DNA from: Lama guanicoe
Taxonomy: Eukaryota
Length of the DNA stretch: 64,000 nt
Reading direction: 5' to 3'
Assembly: GCA_013239625.1 (NCBI GenBank)
Contig: MU053482.1
Coordinates: 3,309,922-3,373,921, forward strand
Shown: piece after piece, positions 11,501 through 24,988 of the stretch
How the letters are laid out: every line of letters begins with the position of its first letter
Numbering within the stretch: position 1 is the first letter of the stretch
Notes under the pieces: generated by a model
Databases searched by the model: none
What the model saw: the letters and a program-made list of their open reading frames with translations, nothing else
What the model was told of the DNA's origin: nothing
Made by a program: the position numbers and the translations under genes

Positions 11501-11895
11501 CTTCATTGTTCCGCCTCCCCTTGACGCTCTCCTCTTCCTTCCTCCTTCCCAAGCCTTTTTCATTTTTTTCTCCACTTCTCTCCAGTCTTCCTTTCTCTCC
11601 CTTCTTTATTCCTTCTCCTTGCATAAATTTATGCCTTATCATCTTAGACGGTTGACCCCAGTCCTGGTGACAGAAGTGGGGCACTAAGCCCCAGTGAATG
11701 ACTAGAAGAGCAGGGGATCTGGGAACAGTCAGGACAGAAGGGGAGGATACGGGAAGGGACCCTGGAAGTGATTTCCCTGCCCCATTTGTCTCAACCGAAA
11801 TCCTGAAGACCCAGGATGGAGTCCAACTGCTTGTCCTTTCTAGAAAGGTTCCTTGGCCTTTGACTCCAAAGCATGACTGAAATGTTGGTGCTTAC

Positions 11896-12226
11896 AGATG
11901 ATCCCAGAAATCTTCCTGGTGACAAAAATCTGAGGGTGAGTTTGGATAATGGAAAGGTTTTCAGTGCAGCCTACCTCCTCCTGGGCCTTTTGCATCAACT
12001 GCATACTACAAGGCCCCTTCTAAAGGGCTAGGGTAGTTCCTTTGAGAAAAAGCCTGCGTGAAACTGAAGGAAATAGGTCTGCGGTCCAGAGGCAACCTGC
12101 TTCTAAAGCAGTTTCAGTTTCAAAGAAAGTAGATCCTAGTGCATGGAATTTCCTCAAGACTTCCCAAGGCTTCAATTTTGGGCATGTGGCCTGTCGACAG
12201 TGTCAATCTTCATACAATTCATTGTC
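11896..12226 (-). pseudogene. Pseudo-exon (phase 0->1)
   Basis: tag|GAC...T|gtaagc; DNELYED*HCRQATCPKLKPWEVLRKFHALGSTFFETETALEAGCLW..., 2 stops in 110 codons. Confidence 0.45.
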
Positions 12227-12501
12227 CTATTTGATCATAATAGTTTTGTGAGATTCATTAGAATTCAAGGGGTTACAAATGCAGCAACAGACCATCCTGT
12301 CCTCAAGGGCCTTTTAGTAAATATTCCCTTAGAGGGACTCTGTGCCAGGTGCACAAGGTACAGGGAATGTATGAATGAAAAAGTGAAAATTCCAGTTATG
12401 GGATTTCTGTGCCAGTGAGTGGTTTTGGGTGGTCTGAAGGGGCTACAAAAAACCGCGAACACTTCAGCCTTGCAGACAGTGGCTCGGGATTAAATACTCA
12501 C

Positions 12502-13138
12502 CCTTTCCCTTGAGCCAAGGTTTGTCCCATAGCCACAGAGCCCTTCAGCCAAACCTCACCCTGGAAGCGTTTCAGCCAGCAGACAAAGCTGCCAGAGGCA
12601 GGTTGGGCACTAGCTTAGGGCTGTTCTGAGCAGGGAATGGGCGTCTAGCCTTCTACCCAGGGAGTCTTATGACTCCCTTCAGGGAATCCAAGGCAAGTGA
12701 GGTAGATGGTTCAGCTCTGAGATAAAAGAGGCAGCTGCTCAGCTGGAGTCCTTCCCAACTGAAAACTCTGATTGAAGATATGTCCAAAGAGACAAGAGAC
12801 CCTCCTAAGACCAGTCTGGTACAAGTTCAGAATTGACTGAAGATCACCATTAAACTCTGGGGACTTTCTCTGTGAGCCATTCAACCGTCCTTCTGGATTT
12901 TTTTCATAAGGTGTCAAAGCCTGTCAGGATAAGGCCTCTTAATGCCAAGAACACATCGTTTATCAACAGTGATGAGTCATTTGTGAGCTGATTCGACCTG
13001 TCGGCGGCTGAGGAGTAGGTGCAGCTTTTATCTTTAGCTACTGTTGCTGGCTGTGGGAATGGTACCATCCATGTATAATCAGACACAATGTACCAAGCAA
13101 TTTCTTGAAAAGCCAGCACCTTGGCTGAACAGCTAAGG
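12502..13138 (-). pseudogene. Pseudo-exon (phase 2->0)
   Basis: Strong acceptor ctcccttccag|C, donor AGG|gtgagt; first 77 codons open (VLAFQEIAWYIVSDY...LINDVFLALRGLIL), 3' half has many stops. Confidence 0.45.
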
Positions 13139-13179
13139 CTGGAAGGGAGTGATGGGGAGGAATGGAAACGGATTCTTTT

Positions 13180-13380
13180 TTTAGCACCTGTATTCTATCA
13201 GACATTCTCCTAGCCACTTTCTATACCTTATCTCATTTAATTCTTACAGCAGCCTTGTAGAGTAGGTGTTATTATATCTGTTTGTGGATAAGAAAACTGA
13301 ACCTCAGAGACATAAAGTAACTTAGTCAAGGTCACACAGTGAGTAATAAGGGCTGGAGCCTGGCTTTGCACTCAAGTGCC
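13180..13380 (-). mobile_element. MIR
   Basis: atctcatttaattcttacagc...aaactgaacctcagaga...gtaacttagtcaaggtcacacag. Confidence 0.8.
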
Positions 13381-14199
13381 ACAGGCTATTTTGATGCTGT
13401 GAAGACATAGAGAGTAAGGTGGGATAATTTTAACATTTGGATTCTCAAGCCAGATGTCCCCAGATGTCCTCTAATACAAGGATGGCATGGGTTGGTGATT
13501 TACACCTGTGGTTCTGAAGGATTTACATGAGGCTGGTAGGACGGGAAACCAGAACTGTTTCAGCGGCATGCTCAGTGAGTATAAAATAAATAAATGAAGT
13601 GAGTTTTTAAATTCTTGGACCTGTTTTGAAGCAGGGATTATAAATCAGGAATAATCTCCCCTCCCCCTCCCCGGGCTAAGCCACTGACCTCTTTGGTTTT
13701 CATTGCCAAATATAGTTAGAACATACACTGAAGGCCTCAAGAGCTGGCTTCTGAGGGAATGGCCTTCGGGGTTATTCCTGGCCAAACCCAGCCTCACACT
13801 GTAGGACTTGAGTCGCCTGGAAGAACACCTGTGTCTACAAAGCTGCAAATAGAGTTTCCACCCTTGAGGTGGAGCCTTTGTCTTTGGCAGCTGCAGCCCA
13901 AGCTAGCTTTTCAGAGGCTAAGTGAGCTGACTGACAGAGTTATGAGTGCTCCCCCTCTTCTCCCCAGCCAAGAAGGCGAGGGCCTTGCTACCCTGAGTCC
14001 TACAGAGTTTTCTGCCAAAGCTGGATTGGAGGCTTGGTCTTCATTTGCATGGGAAGAAGGGTGAGGCTAGATATCTATCTGGTGGTCCCACTGGTCTTGT
14101 TCCAGAGTTATTTTGGAACGTTCTGGAAAAACAATAAAATGACTGTGACCACACAGGCAGCTGAATTTAGTAGGTTATTGTACATTTATCCAAAAGCAA

Positions 14200-17100
14200 G
14201 GAAGTAGTTCTGAGTATTAAGATGAGTTTGTGAGACATAAAAAATGCTTGTTACTTATTATTTACTGATTATACAATATTTATTCAGTGTAGAAAAAAGA
14301 AAAAGATTCACCTTTCATACCACCATTAATATTTTAGTGTTTACCCTTTTAGATATTTTTATACATTATACATATATATATATATATATATACTTTTAAA
14401 AAATTGAACAAGTGCAGAGCTTAATTAAACATACTCCTCAGTTTAAGGCAAATTGTCATTATCAGTCTATGCAAGGCTTCTCTCTTGTTTTATTTTAATT
14501 ATTTTATTTTTTCTCCTTTAATTCCCATACCCTTTCCCACCTCTTTCGTGGGAACTGTCTTCAACATGTTTGATAGCTGTACTTATGATATGTGTATAAT
14601 CCTTTAAAGGGTGTGCTGTTGCTTTGTGACATGTTTTTAACATACAAATAAATGGTGTTAAAAATTTTCCTGGATACTTAAAAAAATAATTATCCAAGTA
14701 GATTATTTCCTCTTACTGCTGCATATTATGGAGTAGTATGCATCTACCACATTTTTTTTTTGTCTCTGAATGAGGGATGCTTGGGTTGCCTCCAGCACCC
14801 CTTTGCCACGTATAATGTATAGATGAACATCCTGTTTCATGTCCTCTTATATCTCTGAATGAGAATATCTTGAGGTTATATATCTAGAAATGGCATCAAA
14901 ATGCTTCTACAGACCGATGACGCTAAATTCTGTGAGACTGCTTTCCAGAATGCCTACGCCAGTTTGTATTCCCACCAGCAGTGCCTGAGTGTTCCCACTT
15001 GCCCATGTCCTTGCCAAACTCTGTGTGGATCTATTTGTTTCCCATCCTAAAATGTATAAAGTATTATGACACTATTGTTTTAACTTCCATTACCTATTAC
15101 TACTGAATTTTTGCACATCTTCATTTATTTGTTTGTCATTTGAACTTTCCCTAATGGGTCACACAACTTTCAAAAAGTGAGATCAGGTTGGTCTGCAACC
15201 TGACTTTTTTTTCCCTCATCGGTGTATTTGGGACATCTTTCCACGTCAGTAAATATATCTGTACCATATCATTTTTATTACCTGCATGATATTTCCTCAT
15301 ATGAAATTATCATAATCAAATACCATTCCTCTGCTATTGGACATTAAAATTCTCCTCCTTACATTTTTGCCATGAAAAATGCCTGATTAAACATCTTTGT
15401 GTATTCATCTTAGGGTAATTTTATTGTTTCAAAGATAAATCCTTAGAAGGAAAATTACTGAAACCATTTTTTCACCCCACATGCAAAAATAAACTCAAAA
15501 TATATTTTTTCTAAATGTGTTTCTAAATGTAAGATCTGAAACCATAAAACTCCTAGAAGGAAACATAGGCAGGATGCTCTTTTATGTTGGTCTTAGCAAT
15601 ATTTTTTTGAATCTGTCTCATCAGGCAAAGGCAACAAAAGCAAAAATAAACAAATGGGACCACATCAAACTAAAACGCTTTTGGACAGCATGGGAAACTA
15701 TCAAGAAAATGAAAATGGGAGAAGATATTTGCAAATGATGCATTTATTAAGGGGTTAATATACAAACAACCAGTCTGATTAATAAATGGTCAGAGGATCT
15801 GAATAGGCATTTTTCCAAAGAAGACATGCAATTGGCCAACAAGTACACTGAAAAGATGCTCAACACCACTCATTGTCAGGGAAATGGAAGTCAAAACTAC
15901 AATGTGATATCACCTCACACTTGTCAGAATGGCTATCATCAAAAAGACAATCCATAACAAGCATGGGTGAGGATGCAGAGAAACGGGAACCCTAATTTCA
16001 CATTGGTAGGAATGTAAATTGGTACACCCACGATGGAAAACACTAGGGAGGCTCCTCAAAAAATTAAAAGAGAACTACCAAATGATCCAGCAATTCCACT
16101 CCTAGGTATTTATTCAAAGAAAACAAAAACACGAGTTGAAAAAGACATATGTACCCTTATGTTCATTGCAGCATTATTTACAATAGCCAAGATATGGAAG
16201 ATATCTAAGTCCATGGACAGATGAATAGGTAAGGAAGATGTGGGATATATATACGACAGAATATTGTTCAGCCATAAATAAGGATGAAATCTTGCCATTT
16301 GCAACAGCATGGATGGACCTAGAGGGTATTATGCTAAATGAAATAAGTAAGACAGAGAAAGACAAATACTGTATGTCTTCACTTACAGGTGGAATCTAAA
16401 AAACAAAACAAGCAAGTAAATGTAACAAAACAGAAACAGATACAGAAAACAAACTAGTGGTTGCCAGAAGGGAGGGGGAAGGGAGGACGGCAAAATAGAT
16501 GAAGGAGATTAAGAGGTACAGTCTACAGGTTATAAAATAAGTCACAAGGATGTAATGTTCAGCACAAGGAATATTGTTGACATTATTGTAATCACTTTGT
16601 ATGGTGCATACTCTATAAAAATTTTGAATCACTATGTTGTATACCTGAAATTAATGTAGTATGGTAAATCAACTATACTTCAATTTTTAAAAAGTAAATT
16701 TATTGAGTCCATGAGTATGTGCTTTTTTGTTGTTAAATATCTGATACGTATTGCCAAACTGACCTCTGGAATGACCAGTTTTACTTTTAACAATATGTGA
16801 ATATCAATTTCCTATACTCCTTAAAACACTTCTAATACAGCGTCATCTGATAGGTAAAAATCGTATCTCTTATTAGAAAGTTTTATTCTTCTCCTGTGTT
16901 TTTGAGGCTGCATTTTATATCTGAATAATTCTAAACATAATAATTCTAAATTTAGTTTATAGTTTCATTCTAATAATTCTATAATCTTTATCAGCTGACT
17001 CTTAGTCATCATGATTTGTTTCCCCCTAGTTCAGTAATTTTGGGTTCTGAGCTCTATGGTGATTCTAGGTTGAGGTGAATCCCTCCAGAGAGGTTCATGT

Positions 17101-19000
17101 TTGCTTTTTCTTATTGCCCCAGAGTTATTACCAGACTGTGACCATTTCTTAATCTTAATTTCTTTGTTTTTTAATATGTGAAATCTTAAAAAAAAAGACA
17201 TAAATGAACTTATCTTAACTTCTTGACTGGGTGTTTCTTAACCATGCACATGTGCTTTTGTGCTGGAGAAGAGGGGTGCAGCCTTTTCAGGATCCGGATT
17301 TACTTGAGAGTCTCAATTCCTATTCTTCTGTCCCTAGCCAAGTCTCTTTATTACCAGGGAGAGGAAAATCCTCCCCAAAGCCCAGGCAACTACTTGTCAG
17401 CTCAAGCTTTCCATTCTAGTTTTTAATTACTTTGGTTTGGTCTCCTATGGATTTTCTGTATTTTCATGGGAGTTCAGTTATATATTTTAAAAGATGTTAA
17501 GTATATTTTACTTAGCATTTCTAGATGTTTTATAGTAGCTGAATTCTCAGCTTATCTAGTCTGCCATTATCACCAGAAATTGGAGTCTATATCAACTATT
17601 CTCATTATTACTTAACTTACAATATTTCTTTGACCTATAGTAGATGAAATATTTCTCATATCTTTATGATAATTTACATGTCCTCATATTTGTTGTTTTG
17701 TTGTTTTTGTTGTTGGTCCTTTTCTTCAATTGGAGTGTTTGTCTTTTTTCTACTGATTTGAAACTCTACTTAATGGTTAAGGATATTGAAGGTTTTTTCG
17801 TTTTTGTGGAGTGTGGTTTGTTTTTTGCCCTATAACATTTTAGATATTTATGTAATCAAAGATATCAATCTTTCCCTTTGTAATTTCTGACTCTTTTGTG
17901 TTGATTAGGAAGTTCTTCTTTGTCTTAATATTTTAGAATATTCATCTATTTTTCTAATACTACTATAATTTCACTTTGTACTTTAAACATTTTAATGCAA
18001 CTGGAATTTATTTTGATATATGATGTGAGTAGGGATTTAACTTTTTTTTCCCTCCCGAATAGTTAGCAATTGTCCTACACCTGTACTAAGCAATACATGT
18101 TTTCTGCAGGATTTGAGAAGTTTCCTTCATCATATACTACGGAGGTTTTCACGTTGGGTCCTACAGAGTCACAGGGTTCCCTGAATTACTTCTGAAGATT
18201 CTGGGGAGACAAAGAGGAAGCAAAAGAGCTAGACTTCTCTGCTTTCAAGTGGAGCAGTTCTGTTCTTTTTTTGTTTTATATGTTTGAATTCCATGTCAGA
18301 TTTTATTTGAAGAAAGAGTTCATCTGCCTGCAAATCAGTAATACAATAAATTCTTAAACCCTAAATGTTTGAATCTGTTTCTCGCCCTTTTATTCTCTTC
18401 CATTGATCAGTCTGTCTTTTCTTGTACCAGTTTAACAATTTAAAAAATTATTATAAACCTTTTCAAACTTACACACAAAAATAGGGATAATAATATAATG
18501 AGCTCCCATATACCTATCATTAAGACCCAATAATTATCAAGATTTTGTCACACTTAATGCATCTATCCCTTTTTCTTTTTTTTTTTTTTCTTGCCAGGGT
18601 GTCTGGCTTTCCTGTCCTTCCTCCCTCTCTTCCCTCCTTCCTTCTTTCCTGTTCTCTTCTCTTCTCTTTTCCCCAGACATAATATCATTTCACCCACATA
18701 CCATTCAGAATTCAGTAATCTATTTAAAAAAAAGGAATGAAAAAAGAATGGTTTCTTACAGAACCAAATGCTACTGTTACACTTAATGTTAACAATAATT
18801 TTGTGATATAATCTCATACCCAGTCCATAAACAAATTTGCTTTATTTGAACTCAAAAATGGCTTTCAGCAGTGGTTAGTTCAAAACAGACTCCAAACAAG
18901 AGTGTTCTATCGCTAACATTTTTTTAACCTAGAGCAATCTGCCTCCCTTTTGTTTTCTTGCCATTGCCTTGTTGAAGAAAATCACGTTTTAATAATTGTC
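14200..19000 (-). mobile_element. Old L1ME/L1MC-type fragments, interrupted by a younger L1; (TA)n at ~14370-14392
   Basis: AT-rich antisense L1 text (tattcccaccagcagtg, gctggaatttattttgatatatgatgtgagtagggat). Confidence 0.6.
15462..16695 (+). mobile_element. 5'-truncated L1 (ORF2 3' end and 3' UTR)
   Basis: ETIKLLEGNIG, KINKWDHIKLK, ELPNDPAIPLLGIY; ends aactatacttcaat plus A-rich tail. Confidence 0.9.
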
Positions 19001-20090
19001 ATTTAGAACATTTATTATCAAGCTAAATCTTGATTCTCCACTTCATTCTGCCTGTGTAGACTCGGCCAGAACATCCTGGCCTGCTCACTTGTCAGGGTGG
19101 GGTGGGGGTGGGGGGCTGGAGTGACCAATGTGGCAGTATTTCTTACACAGAGAGAGTATCTTGAAAGGTTAATCTTCGTGCTTTTCTTTGCTACACTTTT
19201 TCCACTTGACCTTTCCCCTAGTGAATCAGAAACATTGCCTCAAGGAGAATTAGGATTGGTAAAACCGGAATGCAAAGAGAAAGAAAGAGTCGAAATAAAA
19301 CAGTCAATGTTCAGTTTTCTGACTTTTAAAATAGCCTCTTGAAGCCCACATCAAAAATAATAGTTTTGAAAGCCAAAGCCTTTTATTTGCAGAGAACCAG
19401 GTTTTGTTGAGAGAAGAAAAGGCCCTTGAGAATCAAAAGGAAAGGCCGGAAGCATGAGGGATTGGCTTTGCCCTACAAACATATTAAAAAGAGACTAGAG
19501 GGAGAGCCTGACTAAGCCCCTTCACCCCAGGGTCCTCTGGGATGGGGGACAGCAGGGACCTAGGAGGTTGGAAGGAGGCCTGGTGGGGGAAGAGTCCCAC
19601 CAAGAGGAGGACAGCGGCATGGAGAGACTGCAGATCAGCCGTTGGAAGATTTTGGAGGCCGGTCAATGCCTGGAGCTTATCTGCCACTTGAGTGAATCCC
19701 ACTGTTGCTGAGCCCAAGAGCTATGTTATCTTGTTCTTTTCACCACTGTCGAGGGTCTTTCATCATCAACAGCCAGAGGGCCCAGCTGAAGTGACACTTG
19801 TCTGTGTCCAGAGTCGCTGTGGAGCCGCATCCAGATTGCTTTGTGTGGCAGAAGACACTAATAAGCTGCCCCCAACTTCTCAGATCAGAGCGGGGTGCTT
19901 CACATCAAAGGAGAGACAGAGCCGAAGGGAGAGCCGCCACCTCCGCGTTTGGGTGGGACTGGACCCTGGGGAGACCCGCCACGGGACATGCACATGTCAC
20001 AGATGGGACAGGATCTCCCAGCTTAGTTTTACTCTCGTGTTCCAGCCTAGTTTTTGTCTCGATTGGATAGGTTTGTTCTGCCAATAAGAG

Positions 20091-20205
20091 CAGTGATTCT
20101 TAAACTTTTCTGCCTGTTAAAACCACTTGGGGGAGCTTTTAAAAAAATACTGACACCGGGCCCCATCCCAAACCAATTGAACTAGATTCTCGTGTGGGTG
20201 GGGCA
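20091..20205 (+). mobile_element. MER5A-like DNA transposon fragment
   Basis: cagtgattcttaaactt...ggggagcttttaaaaaaatactga...gggccccatccc. Confidence 0.6.
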
Positions 20206-20353
20206 TCATGTCATTGTGTGTTTGTGAGTAAAATTTTATCTTTGCGAGGCCACTTAACTTTGTTCAGCCCTGACATTATCACTCTTCAGTTATTTCAAAA
20301 ATGCACCCCAGTGATCACAACAGACTGAGACCAAGACTTATGCTTGTATGTAG

Positions 20354-20822
20354 TGTTAAAGAGAAAGCTACAGGCCCAAAATGGTGTCACTTGTGCTAGA
20401 GCCCACAATCCCAAACCTAGACTTAATACCCGATTTAATTGCAGTTTCGACCTCCCCCAGAAACATAATCTTAATCAACCAGTATGGAATTTTCTGGTCA
20501 GCACCTCCGAGGTCATCTGTCACATAGGCCCTCTCCATCCCCCAGAGGGAGGAGAAGCACTGTGCATGATAAAACCCTTGCCATTCCCTCCCCCACTGCC
20601 CCACCCCCGCCCAAAAAGATGTCCTGGCCTAAAAATAATCCTTTCTTTTCTTTTGCTAATAGCTCCCTTACCCTGTCCTTCTTGCTGTAAAAACTTTTCG
20701 TTTTGTAGAACCCCTCCGAGGACCACCTAGTTGCCAAGTGGGATTCTGCCCCATTCGTGAATCAGTGAATAAAGCCCATTAGATCTTCAAATTTACTCAG
20801 TTGAATTCTGTTTTTTTCAACA
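20354..20822 (+). mobile_element. Solo LTR (ERV1-like)
   Basis: TGTTAAA...TTCAACA inverted termini, AATAAA 20768-20773; TSD imperfect. Confidence 0.7.
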
Positions 20823-21136
20823 GTTAGTTAGTTTTAGATTTAGGGTTGTACCCATGAACACACCCAGAAATAGAAGGGTTAACTGCAGCCAGCAGGGGCA
20901 AGTGTTTTGAGAGAAGACCGGCTGCAGGTGATGGGAAGTGAGCCAGCTCAGGGTGTGGTAACAGACAACAGGTGGCTGTGCTGTGAAGAGCTGGCAGCAA
21001 GGAGGAACAGCGGGAGGCAGTTGGGTAGGGGGAATGGCAGAGCGCACAGTAGTGGGCTTTCTAGGAGCAAACCCTAGGCAGGCCCCAGGGAAGTCCAGCT
21101 GTAGAAGGCAGAGAGAGGATTCCGCTGGTGACACTT

Positions 21137-21519
21137 TGTTATTGGCTGAACTGTGTCTCTCCTTCCCAAATTCATGGTTGGAGTCACAACCCTCAGCACC
21201 TCAGAATGTGACTGTATTTGGAGATAAAGCCTTTAAAGAGGGAATTAAGGTAAAATGAGGCCCTGGTGCGGTATGACTGGTGTCCTTGTAAGAAGAGGAG
21301 ATCAGGGACAGAGACAACGCGCAGACCGAGGGATGACTGTATGGAGACACAAAGAGAAAGTGGCCATCTGCAAGCCTAAAGAAAGTCCTCAGAAGAAAGC
21401 AAACTTGCTGGCACTTTGATCTCGGACTTCTAGCCTCCAGAACGGTAGGAAAAAAATTCTGTTGTTTAAGCCACTCAGTATGTGGTATTTTGCTATGGCA
21501 GCCCTAGCAGACTAATACA
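21137..21519 (+). mobile_element. MLT1 (MaLR) LTR
   Basis: cctcagaatgtgactgtatttggagat...gacttctagcctccagaac...ggcagccctagcagactaataca. Confidence 0.85.
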
Positions 21520-21870
21520 CTGCTGTCAAAGGGCAGGGCTGTAGTCCGAGGGTTAGGGTATAATGGCTGGTCCCAGTACCAGGCACACATCGATGGTCAG
21601 GGAACTAGGACGGGGTAACTGATTCAGCGCAAGCAGGATCTCATGCAATTATTCATTTATTTAATCAATCAACAATATTTTATTAAGCTACTACTCTCTG
21701 CTGGTCCCTGTTCCGGGCACTGGATACACTATGACTGTGGTGGTCCAGATGAGGGGTGACGCTGGCTTGAATTAGGAGGGTAGCAGTAGATCAGGTGATT
21801 TGACCCTGAAACAAACAGCCCACCGCGGAGGTGATGCTCCTTAAGTCACCCCGACCAGGCGCATACCTAC

Positions 21871-21970
21871 CTGCAGAGGGGTTTGAGTGACTTCATTTTC
21901 AGAGAGAAGAAACTGTGGAGCAGGGTCCAGGCAGGTTACTTATAACTTATCCAGGTGTATGATTTTTTTC
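21871..21970 (-). pseudogene. Pseudo-exon (phase 2->0)
   Basis: ctttactttctcccaaag|G...CAG|gtaggt; KKIIHLDKL*VTCLDPAPQFLLSENEVTQTPLQ. Confidence 0.55.
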
Positions 21971-22339
21971 CTTTGGGAGAAAGTAAAGTTTCAGTTTACA
22001 CAAAGTTTTCACTGGCACCTAAGTTAACAAACTTGGATGTTTCCCCTGAATGTCTCCATCTCATGGTCTTTAGTTTAACACGTAACATTCCAACTTTATC
22101 TTAACTTTATTAGCTTTTCTAAAATGTCAGTTTCTTTCCCAAACCATGTTTCAGTGGAAAACACAAGCATTTCCAGGCAATAACTCCATCATCTGTGCCA
22201 CTGTGGACAATGATCAGATAAACTTCCCTAATTTATACCACATCTGCTCTCCCAGCCCCGTTTGACCCTGAGCACACATACACAAAAAAATTCAAATTAT
22301 TTTTTCCCAAAATAAGCATCCCTCCCAAATTTTCCTCAC

Positions 22340-22558
22340 CAATTTTCTATTAAATGAAAGACAAATTGTCAACATTGAATCAGCCAACTTTTATTAAAAG
22401 CTGGGAAGTCTTTCAAAAGTTTTCAGAGTAAACTGTCTTGTTGAACATGACGAGTAGATAATGGGAAATAGTTACAACTATATGGTCCCTTTTGATAGCT
22501 TTGCACATTCTGGTAATTGGGGACTACTTGGACACAGGCATCCTTCTCTACTTTATCA
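22340..22558 (-). pseudogene. Pseudo-exon (219 nt, phase 2->2)
   Basis: cctccacag|T...TG|gtgagg; DKVEKDACVQVVPNYQ...LL*KLLKDFPAFNKSWLIQC*QFVFHLIEN; TG+G gives Trp with next exon. Confidence 0.6.
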
Positions 22559-22664
22559 CTGTGGAGGACTCTTTCCTCACCCCATTATTTGAATATTAAA
22601 GTGATGTGAGAGCCCATGATCTCCCAGCTTGATTTGCACTCTGGCCTGGTTTCATCTGGCAGGC

Positions 22665-22920
22665 AACAGGGGTGAAAGAGTAAAGGACACAGGCTTTGAA
22701 GTCAGGCAGTCTTGAGTTTGCCCATGGACTCTTCCTTCTTCTAGTCCTGTAATTGTGGGCAATGCACTTAACCTGACTATCAGTTTCATTCGCTATAAAA
22801 TGAGGATAATAATATTTACCTTATAGGCTTGTTGTGAGGATGAATGATGCAACTGTATGAAAGCACCAGCCCCTGCCTGGCAGTGTACTAAATGCTCATT
22901 AAATGGCAACTCTTTTTAAT
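22665..22920 (+). mobile_element. MIR
   Basis: acaggctttgaagtcaggcag...taaaatgaggataataata...gttgtgaggatgaatga. Confidence 0.8.
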
Positions 22921-22945
22921 AGTAACAATGAAAAATGGCCTGATT

Positions 22946-22988
22946 AAAACAAAACAAAACAAAACAAAACAAAACAAAACACAAAACC
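22946..22988. repeat. (AAAAC)n
   Basis: Seen directly. Confidence 0.9.
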
Positions 22989-23068
22989 TGCTTTTGCCAG
23001 AACCCAAACTGAAACAGTCAGTGTACCATTTCACCTTAGATTCATCATCTTTAAAATTAGGAGATGGA

Positions 23069-23242
23069 GGGGGGAGGATTTAGCTCAAGCGGTAGAGTGT
23101 ATGCTTAGCATGCACAATGTCCTGGGTTCAATCACTAGTACCTCCATGGAAAAACTAACTAAATAAATGAACCTAATTACCTTCCCTCTGCAAAAATAAA
23201 TAAATAAAAAAGGAAATAAATAAAATATTTTTTAAAAGTAAT
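23069..23242 (+). mobile_element. Camelid tRNA-Ala-derived SINE (vic-1 type)
   Basis: A/B-box head, A-rich tail, 16-bp TSD aaaattaggagatgga (23053-23068 / 23243-23258). Confidence 0.9.
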
Positions 23243-23474
23243 AAAATTAGGAGATGGAATCAACGATCTCTGATCCCTCCCCTCTAGTGCCACCATTCTA
23301 AGATCTTATTATATTCAGGAGAAATGAGCATCGAAGAGCAGAAAAAAACTAGACCATCCTTCCTGACTAGTTCCTCTGGAGATTCAAACTGTGCTTCACT
23401 TGTACGTCCAGTTCCAAAGCTTATAGGATTGTTTTTTCAAGAGGGCAGGAGGAGGAGGCCTGGGTGGAGAGTAC

Positions 23475-23606
23475 CTGGTGACTTCATGGCTGCAAAACAA
23501 TTCTTCAGGGTAATAGAAAGAGAGCAAAGGGACATTTGACCTCTTCAAGATTTTTTTTTTAATGCAAAATACAAGGTAGGCGCATAATCTTGTTTTCTGA
23601 CTGATC
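23475..23606 (-). pseudogene. Pseudo-exon (phase 0->2 with 1-nt frameshift in A10 run)
   Basis: ttttttaaag|GAT...AG|gtactc; DQSENKIMRLPCILH*/KILKRSNVPLLSFYYPEELFCSHEVT. Confidence 0.5.
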
Positions 23607-23730
23607 CTTTAAAAAATCTGGCATATTAATGATTCCACTTAAAGTACTGAAGTTGGGGGCCAGAAGGAAACTTTTTCTTTCTGAACAATGACTGAGAAGG
23701 GAATTCTAATGAATATTTTGGCATACATAC

Positions 23731-24067
23731 CTCATTTTCTGGCTGCTTCAGGACCCCAGAGCCAGTAGGTCATAATTAAAGCCAATAATGGCAACTCCAG
23801 ACAGTTATCCAAATATTTTCCTGGTGCTGTCAATTCTCTGTGTTAAATGATTTAACATCATATTTGGGGAGTGTAGAACATACAGAGAGGGAATTAAATG
23901 TTGATATAAATTCTGGAACATTCACTGCAAGTTGCCTCAAAAGATATTGCTTATTACAGTCAAAGGAATTATAAAATGTTTTTCTTGAGTAGATAATTTT
24001 AAAGGATCCTTTCTGTGCAGAGAGCTGTGAAGTTTGTCCTTAGGTCCTCAGAACAAGATCACATTTT
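23731..24067 (-). pseudogene. Pseudo-exon (337 nt, phase 2->0)
   Basis: gtctttcctgcag|A...GAG|gtatgt; ~70-codon open stretch GQTSQLSAQKGSFKIIYSRKTFYNSF..., 4 stops in total. Confidence 0.6.
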
Positions 24068-24256
24068 CTGCAGGAAAGACAAATACTGTGTGTTTGGGAC
24101 TCAAATCTCATGATACATTTAAATAAATAAACTTCTACGTCCACTGCACCTTTTAGGAATGTTCTCTTTGATCAGCAGGAGCTGCTAATTCTGCAGATGT
24201 AGTTTTATAACTTGCAAAAGCCCAAAGCTACTCCCTTTTCTGTCAATTCCACTTAC

Positions 24257-24656
24257 AAAAAGAAAACCCACAAATACATCTGCTTGTAAAATCTGTTTAG
24301 AATCTTGAAAACAAGGTCTACAATTTTGTCTTTTTTTTCCATAACAAATTTTGTGTCTTTAAAAATAATGACTATGCAAAATCCTCCAGTCCATCCCCAC
24401 CCCTCTTTATCCCTACTTTTAACAAGGAGAGAGTTTCCTCCTGGATGGAAATTAAACCATTCCATCTAAAATGGGTCTGAGCAAGTTCTAAAGCACCATT
24501 TTGGGATGAAATAAACCAGCCAGTCAATTCATAAAGGCAAAACTGGATTTGTTCTGCAAAACAATTCAGCGAAAACTTGGGTTCCAAACTCCAGTGCTGT
24601 GCTGTGGCAGTGGAAACTTTCCAGCCACAACTTGAAGTTGGGAGCCAAACACAATA
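24257..24656 (-). pseudogene. Pseudo-exon (400 nt, phase 1->2)
   Basis: gtcttccttgccttag|TA...TT|gtaagt; LCLAPNFKLWLESF...*MEWFNFHPGGNSLLVKSRDKEGWGWTGGF...; 2 stops in 132 codons. Confidence 0.65.
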
Positions 24657-24988
24657 CTAAGGCAAGGAAGACATTTGAGACCAAACCAGACAGTGATCTT
24701 GGCACTGCCTGCCCCCAACCCTAGAGCTTCAGTAGCCGTGGGGTGGTGAGGTAGCTTTCAGAGGTCTCGAAATCTCTAGGTGCATCAGAGACCAGATTTA
24801 AACCCCCAGCCATGTCTCCCCTATCTTCCTTCTCGTGGGTTACATCATAAGAGATGTTGAAAAATGCTATGAGGCATACGCACAATCCTTAGGCATACTT
24901 CCACTTAATCATACTCAGGTTTCTGTGGGGGCCTCCCCAGTGTGAATGAGCAACTCCTTGACGTTAGGCAAGAGAACACGAGACTCAC

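Noticed and set aside
11049..11684. 211-aa minus-strand ORF and strong acceptor near 11300 as possible last exon of the fossil gene
   Set aside because: Low-complexity/GC-rich ORF; the open frame's phase does not match the 11896 donor
14115..14129. Perfect heat-shock element GAAnnTTCnnGAA
   Set aside because: About 0.5 such matches are expected by chance in 64 kb; no supporting context
23069..23147. tRNA-Ala gene-like sequences (also at 33.9, 36.0, 38.4, 41.1 and 61.0 kb)
   Set aside because: Broken stems, A-rich tails and TSDs identify them as SINEs, not tRNA genes
24380..24465. VPS13-like reading of EGWGWTGGF
   Set aside because: Single short motif; no other VPS13 features in neighbouring exons
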